DNA of 64,000 nucleotides from Dendrobates tinctorius (lineage: Eukaryota): assembly GCF_039654945.1 (NCBI RefSeq), contig NW_027361696.1, forward strand, positions 67,828,001 through 67,892,000, in the 5' to 3' direction. Position 1 is the first letter of the stretch. Each line of letters begins with the position of its first letter. A program made the position numbers and the translations under genes. Positions 56,465-64,000 of this stretch are shown in pieces. The notes below the pieces were generated by a model. That model made no database searches. It was not told the DNA's origin and worked only from the letters and a program-made list of their open reading frames with translations.

Positions 56465-57420
56465 GGCTATGTGCACACGTTGCGGATTCCGCTGTGGTTT
56501 TTTCCGCGCGGAAACGCAGGTAAAACCGCAGGTAAAGTGACCTGCGGTTTTCCTGCGGTTTGGTCTGCGGTTTTGCCCTGCGGTTTTGCACCTCTACTAT
56601 GTTAAAGGTGTGAAACTGCTGCGGAATCCGCAGAAACAATTGACATGCTGCGGTTTGAAAACCACAGCAAAACCGCGCGGAAAAAACCGCACCGTCAGCA
56701 CAGCGTTTTTGAAACCCCATAGGGTTTCATTGTACTGTACTTGGTCTGCGGAACTGCTGCGTTTCCTCAGAGCCAAAACCGCTGCGGAAACGCAGCAGAA
56801 TCCGCAACGTGTGCACACAGCCTAAGGGAACATTTCTAGGGTCACATTACTGAAAGTCAAGAGTTTTTTCCAAAAGCTTTACAAAATTGCAAGAAAGTGC
56901 ATGACTAGCAATCCCCTAATCTGTAATAATAATTATTATCGTTATTGCATTCATTACTATTAGTCTTATAATATCGCTGGGAATTTCACATCAGATAACA
57001 AAAGTCTTTTCTCTTTTCTTAGTGAATTGTCTATGTGTCTGTATTCTGCTGCAGATTTGGCGAAAGAGACTGAGGCTGTGTGCACACGTTGCGGATTCTG
57101 CTGCGTTTCCGCAGCGGTTTTGGCTCTGTGGAAACGCAGCAGTTCTGCTGACCAAGTACAGTACAATGAAACCCTATGGGGTTTCAAAAACGCTGTGCTG
57201 ACGGTGTGGTTTTTTCCGCGCGGTTTTGCTGCGGTTTTCAAACCGCAGCATGTCAATTGTTTGTGCGGTTTCCGCAGCGGTTTCACACCTTTAACATAGT
57301 AGAGGTGTGAAACCGCAGGCTAATCCGCAGACCAAACCGCAGGTCACTTTACCTGCGGTTTTACCTGCGTTTCCGCGTGGAAAAAACCCGCAGCGGAATC
57401 CGCAACGTGTGCACATAGCC
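56465..57420. mobile_element. Two near-identical MITE copies in opposite orientation (56465-56822, 57074-57420)
   Basis: Internal asymmetric marker CCCCATAGGGTTTCATTGTACTGTACTTGGTC appears as its reverse complement in the second copy. Confidence 0.82.
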
Positions 57421-58449
57421 TTAAATGTCAGGTCTCATTATTATCCATTGTGTGTTCAGTGCAGATCTTCCAAGGTGAAATCTGAAGCGTTTATTCTGGT
57501 TTATGTGCACTTTTTTTTTGTACCCTCCGGAGACTCAACAAAATTAAAATCCCTATTTAAATTAAAGGGAAAAAATCTGCAGCAAAAAACCTGCGTTTTT
57601 GGAACAGAAATTGACGTTATGCGGATTTATTAAAAATAAAGAAGCCAATTTCCTCTTGGGTTCCGGCAAAAAAAAACCCAAAACATTGGGAGTCATAATA
57701 TGGCATCCGTGCACTTTTATTGGGCCGTACTGGACATCCTTGTGTCCCTGATGTCACAGATTTTTTTTACCTTGCCATTTTATATTAATCCAACAGACAA
57801 AGGCCATGGCAGTTAGGATTTAGTCTCAGGGCTCCCGCAGACGTGCGGACCACCGCAGCTCTCCCGACCCGAGCAAGACCCTTGTTGTATTGAAGAACTG
57901 AAACAAAGTAACTTTTCGATGATATTCTGATTTTGTGAGAAGCAGCTGTATATACAGACGATTTCTAGCATGGATTATAATAAATCACTGACCGCTGTGT
58001 AATAATGCAGCTATGGAATCTTCGTGAGATGTCCTGCACTCGCCTTAGGGCGTGAAAACATTTTGTGGCAGTTAGGCCATGTGCACACGGTGCGGAGCCT
58101 GCTGCAGTTCCGCAGTGTTTCAGGCTCTGCGGGTCCACAGCACTTTCTGCTGCATTGTACAGTACTATTGTTTCCAATGGTAAAACCAAAAACGCTGCGC
58201 ACATGCTGCGGATTTTTCCGCAGGTTACAATCCACATCATGTCAATTGTTTGTGCGGAATCCGCTGCGGTTTCACTTCTCCTCCATTGTAGAGGTGTGAG
58301 ACCGCAAATAAACAGCAGGACTTTTTGACCTTCGGTTTTTACAAAATCCGCACAGAAAATTCCGCACCACCGAAAACTACATGTGCACATAGCCTAAATT
58401 GGATTCTTTGCACAATTATGAGAGGTTCTCTTCACTCCTGGATGTAATC

Positions 58450-58636
58450 ATGACTCAGCGGGGAGTGCACAGATGACAAGAGCGGCATGACTAGGCAGAA
58501 ATGGAGAGCACAATAGTGGAAGTGGGGAGGGACACTGACGGCGCTGCATGTCCTAGTGATTGAGGAGGAAACTACTGATTCCCCGCAGCCGTCACGAGTT
58601 TTACCCAAACCAGAATTGTAGCATTTGTCTGTATAT
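58450..58636. promoter_or_regulatory. Tandem ARE module upstream of ferritin copy 3
   Basis: ATGACTCAGCG 58450-60, ATGACTAGGCA 58487-97. Confidence 0.7.
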
Positions 58637-60329
58637 AAAATATGCAACGAGTCTAAGGGCCCCGCCACACATAGCGACTCACCAGCGATCCCGACAACGA
58701 TATCAAGGTGTCAGGATCGCTGGTGAGCCGCCAAACAGAAAGCTTCACCAGCGATCAGCACAGCGACGCCGAGCGGGCGCGTCGCTGTGTACATTAGTTA
58801 CCAGCGCGCTGATACAGGGAGCTGGTAACCAAGGTAAACATCGGGTTTATAAGCAGCGCGCGCTGCAGAAACCCGACGTTTACCTTAGTTACCAGCGCGC
58901 TGATCGCTGGTCTCCCGCCTGTCACACGCAGCGATGCGTGCTGGCCAGCGGGAGACCAGCAATCAAAAAAAATGTCCAGGGCTTTCCAACAACGATCAGC
59001 GATACCGGCAGGGGGGCCGGTCACTGATAGGTGTCACACGCAGCGATCTCACTGGTGAGATCGCTGTTGCATCACAAAACTTGTGACTCAGCAGCGAGAT
59101 CGCTATGTGTGACGGGGGCTTAATTGTATTGATGAAAGATCATTAATAAAAAATGATATATTTATTTTTTGCCACCATAAAAATAATCGTTAGGGCTCAT
59201 TCAGGCATCAGTTTTTCATGCACATGTTCTAGCTTTGATTTTCACTAACAGAACACGTATCCATTATAACCTATGGAGGTTTTCACGTCTGGGACCCTTT
59301 TACATTGTCCGTTTTCCTCCCACTAATAAATGAATATTTTTTTTTGGGGGGGGGGGCGTCACTTCTTAGTCACGTATTTGTTCCCAGAATTTCATGATTG
59401 TTGCCTGTGTTTTCATCTCCTTTTATTTGCATAGACTGTAAATCTTCATCCGTGTTCTCACATCCGGAGGTGGAATTTGAAGATTCTGGGTGCCAGATTA
59501 ATGGTGTCTTCTTTTGTCACAGAGGGTTTTTGGCCCCCTCAGGCACCAGGGCTTGGTTGTGACTGCTATTTCTGAACCCCCCACTTAATATTGAATCTTA
59601 CTTCTGAAAGCTCTGTTAACATAGACGTGCACCTTACTAAAATATATGTCTGCTCACTTAAAGGGTTATTTCCCAAATCAGAATGTGGTCTAATTCTTGT
59701 GCCCACACAGAAGTAATTGTACCAATACAACCTATTTTTCAATCAGCACTGATTTGCAGCGATCTCCGCCAAATGGTGACCCCCAAGGCTCCCTATTCCC
59801 TTGGCTGCCTCTGGATCCAACCTCCACTAGTTCTATTGCTATGGAATGAGCATGCTCAGATGCATTTATTGACCCTGTCTAATAAATCATCTGACAGACA
59901 AGGTGTGGCACGGCTCAGAGGTGTATCTAGGCTTTCTGGCACCCGAGGCAAGAATTTGGCTTGGCTCCCCCCCAAGCACACATGTGATTTGCTCACTGAC
60001 TTAGTCATGTACCAACGAGCTGCTCTTCCTAATGCTCTCAACAGAGGCATGACTACCGCGGTCACAGCTGCAATGGGGCCCGGAGTGCTTAGGGGCCTGA
60101 TCATGGAGCTGCAGCCGCTCATTGGCTGTGCAGCTCCGTGCTTTGATTGGCTCAGGCTGCCAGGCTGCAATTGGCTTGACGCGATGGCTGCTCTGTGCGC
60201 ACAGGACCTGTGATGAGGTCACAGGAGGGGAGGAGTCAGAGGTCCTTGTATGCAGGACTCTGCTGTGCTGGTTGTCATGGAGCTGGATGAGGGTAAGTGT
60301 GTGTGGGGTCAGGAGGGGTTTACAGGGTG

Positions 60330-60830
60330 GATGTAGCAGAGCCGTGTTTGTACAAGGTGTACGGAGCGGAGCCACATGTGTACAAGGTGTACGGAGCAGA
60401 GCCTTGTGTGTACAGGGTGTACGGAGCAGAGCCGTGTGTATACGAAGCATATGGAGCGCAGTCGTGTCTGTACGAGGTGAGCGGAGCCGTGTGTGTACGA
60501 AGCGGTGCCTCGTGTGTACGAGGTGTACGGAGACAAGCCGCGTGTGTACGAAGTGTACGGAGCAGAGCCGCGTGTGTACGGAGTAGAGCCGCTTGTGTAC
60601 AAGGTGTAGGGAGCGGAGATGTGCATGTACGAGGGGTACGGAGCGCAGCCGTGTGTGTACGAGGTGAGCGGAGCAGAGCCGCGTGTGAACGGAGTAGAGC
60701 CGCATGTGTACAAGGTGTACAGAGCAGAGCCGCATGTGTACGAGGTGTAGGGAGCGGAGATGTGCATGTACGAGGGGTACGGAGCGCAGCCGTGTGTGTA
60801 CGAGGTGAGCGGAGCCGCGTGTGTACAAAG
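60330..60830. repeat. ~30-bp minisatellite (GTGTACGAGGTGTACGGAGCAGAGCCGCGT)
   Basis: About 17 degenerate units; explains the repetitive ORFs at 60001-60863. Confidence 0.85.
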
Positions 60831-60833
60831 TGG

Positions 60834-61876
60834 TCACCGATGAGGATGGCAGGAATAGGCTAGGCCACCAGGAAGCCAGAGAGGTTGGTAACTTAGCGGA
60901 TTGCAGACCCCTAATCCTAACAACACAACAAGCAGTAGCCGTGTGGCGTACCTACGATGCCCTAGATGCCTCGGCACAGCCAGAGAGCTAACTAAGCCTA
61001 AAGCAAGAAAGGTGAAATCTAAACTGCCCCGGAGTAGACCCCCAAAGGAATAGATAGCCCCCAAACATATATTGTCGGTGAGACAAGATGAGACACAAAC
61101 GCAGGCAGAAAATAGACTGAGCAAATGATAGGACCCGAACTGATGTACGAAAAACACTGAGGTCTCTCGACTGCTCCCCCACTATATCAGCATTCTGGTA
61201 TGAACTGTCAGCAAAGCAAAAGAGACTAATATAACAGTATAACAGGGGACTGAACAAACTGACACAAGCTGTAACATATGAAGCGGGGTCCAACAGACGC
61301 CAGCAGGGAGCACGCTGAACCATTGCAGCAAAGCAGAAAGAGGCAAAACCAGATCAGATGCAAAGGATTAGCAAATGAACAACTTAACTGAAAAATGCAG
61401 GATCAGGCAGGAGACATCAAACATCAGAATGCACAGGAAAAAAACTAATCACCAGCAGGGAACAGGAGGAAGCTTGCACACTTAAATACTCCAATCAGTG
61501 ACCCCTGATTTCCCATCCTCGTCGTCAGGTGGCAGACTTTGGACAGCTCCACTACCCACAGTAACCACCTGAGGGAGCCCCGTCTAAAAAGTCCAATCGA
61601 GATAGTTCACAACAGTACCCCCCCTTGAGGATGGGTCACCGAAAGCTCATCCACACCACCAGGCCGATCATGATGGGCCCCCTGAAAAGCACAAACCAAT
61701 ATCTCGGCATGAATGTCAGAAGCAGAGACCCAGGAATTATCCTCCTGGCCATAACCTTTCCACTTGACCAAGTACTGGAGTCTCCGTCTAGCCAGATGAG
61801 AATCCAATATCTTCTCTACCTCATACTCCAAATTACCCCTAACCAATACAGGGTCAAGGGGCGCCTCCTGGGAACT
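60834..61876 (-). mobile_element. Ty3/Gypsy chromovirus 3' remnant: integrase chromodomain, PPT and 3' LTR
   Basis: ORF 61607-61846 EYEVEKILDSHLARRRLQYLVKWKGYGQEDNSWV; PPT AAGGGGGGG-TAC followed by TGTTGTGAA at 61614. Confidence 0.8.
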
Positions 61877-63888
61877 TGTTAGGGGCGGCGGAACGCACTA
61901 CATATTAAATAACAGAAAGTGCGTTCACCGCCCGGGGTCCACCATGCAGAGGTGTTTAACAGCTGCTATATAATGGCAGACACACAGTATAGCGGTATGG
62001 CACACGCGGGTTGAAAGGTCAACCGGCGAATGGTGGCGAACTCTGTTATAATCACAGAGGCGCCTAAGGCATAAACATAAATGCCGAGCCTGTTGACCTC
62101 ACAGGACTCAGCGGTGTGCATAAACGGTATATGGTCACAGGACTAGGCCCTAGAGTCTGGGTAAAAGTCCGTCTAGACCTACCGTGCGTGCGGCGTCGCT
62201 ACCGCGGACGCCAGCAAGTGCTGCTGACTGCAGCGTGGCGACTGATCCAGCCGCAATACGACAATGCCCAACTGTATGTGGGACTTCTGGCCATACCGAC
62301 CGGGAGAGCCAGCCATGGAGAGAAAGGTTGGGTGAAGGGGTGTACAGCAGAAATGTGGAGACTAACAAGGATCTAGTAACACAGTTGGACTGTGACTTAA
62401 AGGCCAAAGCTCAAGGCCGACATAAGGACTGCTGGGGGCGGGGGATGCCTAACAGACGGACTCTGAAACGTGAAAGGATAAAATCCGATAATGTGTTGGT
62501 CACAGAGAGGGATACAGTGGCAGTGTTGGACTACGTCTCGGGAGCTCAGGCTCAAAGACGACTGAGGGCCCTCTCGACTGGTAGGGCAAGGGGACAAGGG
62601 TGCCCGGTCTCGAGGCCCCCGGTTTGTGACAAGTGTTTAACCCCACAAGTTTGAACAGGGGGGGGGGGCATGTGATGCAGTGACCCCTGTGACAGCTAGG
62701 GGGCGCTGTATGGGCTTCCCAGGACATGCATGCTGGCGTCTCCTTTATTGTGATGGGGAAATGGTGAGAGGCAGGATTGTAAATTGCCGATATGTATCAC
62801 AAGGGTGGGTGCCTTGTGATGGAAGCTGGAACGTGTATTGATCAGCAGAGGTACTGCTGAGGGTCTGTTACTGTGTATCAGGGAAAGCTTCCAGGTGACT
62901 TGGTGAGATGGATGGGACCAGGCACCTACAAACCCACCCAGGGGCATGTGTCTGAACGCCCAATGTAAAGCCTGTATGTGTGTGGCTGTGTGTGGAATAG
63001 GACCTGTAGTGAGGTCATGACCATGTGATCCATACCTCACCTGTGGGTATGGTTATGTACCATATGATGTAGCTGAGGTCTGGTCACAGGGGGAGAGTGT
63101 GTACCTGAATGGTTCAGGGTGCAAGGTCCTGGAGGGTCAGTGTTGGGAGATTCTGGGAGAAGAATCGGATCCCTGGAGCACGTGCTGCGACCTTGGACCT
63201 GGTGAGGCATGAGTGTTGGACGGTTTCAGGAGGGGACGGACGTCCTGAATAGCACCCGCTGAGGCCCTGGACCTGGTAGCCGGTGTGATGGGAGACCCTG
63301 GGAGGAGGGTTGGATCCCTGAATAGCACCCGGTGAGGCCTGTGTGTTGGACGGTTCCAAAATGGGGGCGGACGTCCTGAATAGCACACAGACAGGCCACG
63401 TGTTTGCAGAGTCAGTGACGGCACTGCATTGGGGGAGCTACTGTCCGTCTGTGGATCTGGACTGTCAGGTGGCCTGGTGAGCAAGGCGTTGTCCGGGACG
63501 GTGATCCCAGTTCGGCAGCTTCCCTGAGAGAGCACTGACAGGAGTCAGCGTGCGGAGCAGGAGCTCCTAAAAGGTAACCCCTGGACAGGGGGGAAATAAC
63601 TGTTGGTGCTTGTGAGGTTTTATGAACGTTAATGAACTGTTTGGCATGCGGTCGCCCACGGTCACTGGACAGAGAGGGCCAGCGTGTTTAGGGACTGCAA
63701 GGAAAAGCCATAACCTGTAAATGTTCTGGACTATGTGCTAAGCCTGTGAAGTGTAACATGGCCTACAGCGGTTTATGCTTGAATAAACCAAAATTGACTG
63801 TTTATGTGGAAAAACCTGTGCCTGACCCTATTAATCTGCTGCCAAGTGAGTGTCCCCCAACACAAACAATAAGCGCTACCTTACAACA
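61877..63888. mobile_element. Further LTR-like remnants, probably nested
   Basis: TGTTAGGGGCGGCGG at 61877; G-tract then TGTGATG at 62657-62677; AATAAA at 63782 and ..CCCCCAACACA at 63863; internal ~105-bp direct repeat at 63200-63385. Confidence 0.4.
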
Positions 63889-64000
63889 GTTACAATTCAC
63901 ATGTACAACGTGTCTAGTTTCATAAAGAAGGTGCGCAGAGGAATGCAGGGCACAAGCTAGCCTCCAGCACACCCCCTACATATCAATATTTAGTGTCATG

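Noticed and set aside
60001-60863. Long repetitive ORFs (278, 188, 154, 152 aa)
   Set aside because: Products of a stop-poor 30-bp minisatellite that is open in several frames on both strands.
61607-61846. Host chromobox gene
   Set aside because: Immediately followed by a PPT and LTR start, so it is the C-terminus of a Gypsy integrase.

Overview
Eukaryotic, intron-containing and very repeat-rich DNA from a frog; the ferritin sequence and MITE repertoire point to an anuran. The only host genes are three minus-strand, 4-exon ferritin heavy-chain (fth1-like, 176 aa) paralogs at 8110-10653, 40252-43281 and 51595-56163. Each has a TATA/CRE/CCAAT/GC-box promoter, a 5'UTR iron-responsive element (IRE) and its own upstream tandem-ARE (Nrf2-type) module. 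Copies 2 and 3 arose by a tandem duplication (25093-46373 / 46372-59332) joined at a 2-bp microhomology. The paralogs carry private changes: copy 2 has a mismatch in the IRE upper stem; copy 1 has Glu->Asp at the three-fold iron channel and an AGTAAA polyA variant. Mobile DNA includes a DD35E (Traveler-type) Tc1 with one frameshift, a full-length PIF/Harbinger with an intact spliced transposase and a broken MADF-BESS partner gene, a decayed hAT, Gypsy LTR/chromodomain remnants, several satellites and many nested TWA- and TTAA-target MITEs. The most notable element is a very young Neptune-type Penelope-like element (32585-38752). Its coiled-coil/RGG ORF1 appears joined to the RT-GIY-YIG ORF by an in-frame U_UUU_UUA -1 slippery site, and each pseudo-LTR holds a promoter-like block and a hammerhead ribozyme. 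All calls are by eye; no database searches were run.
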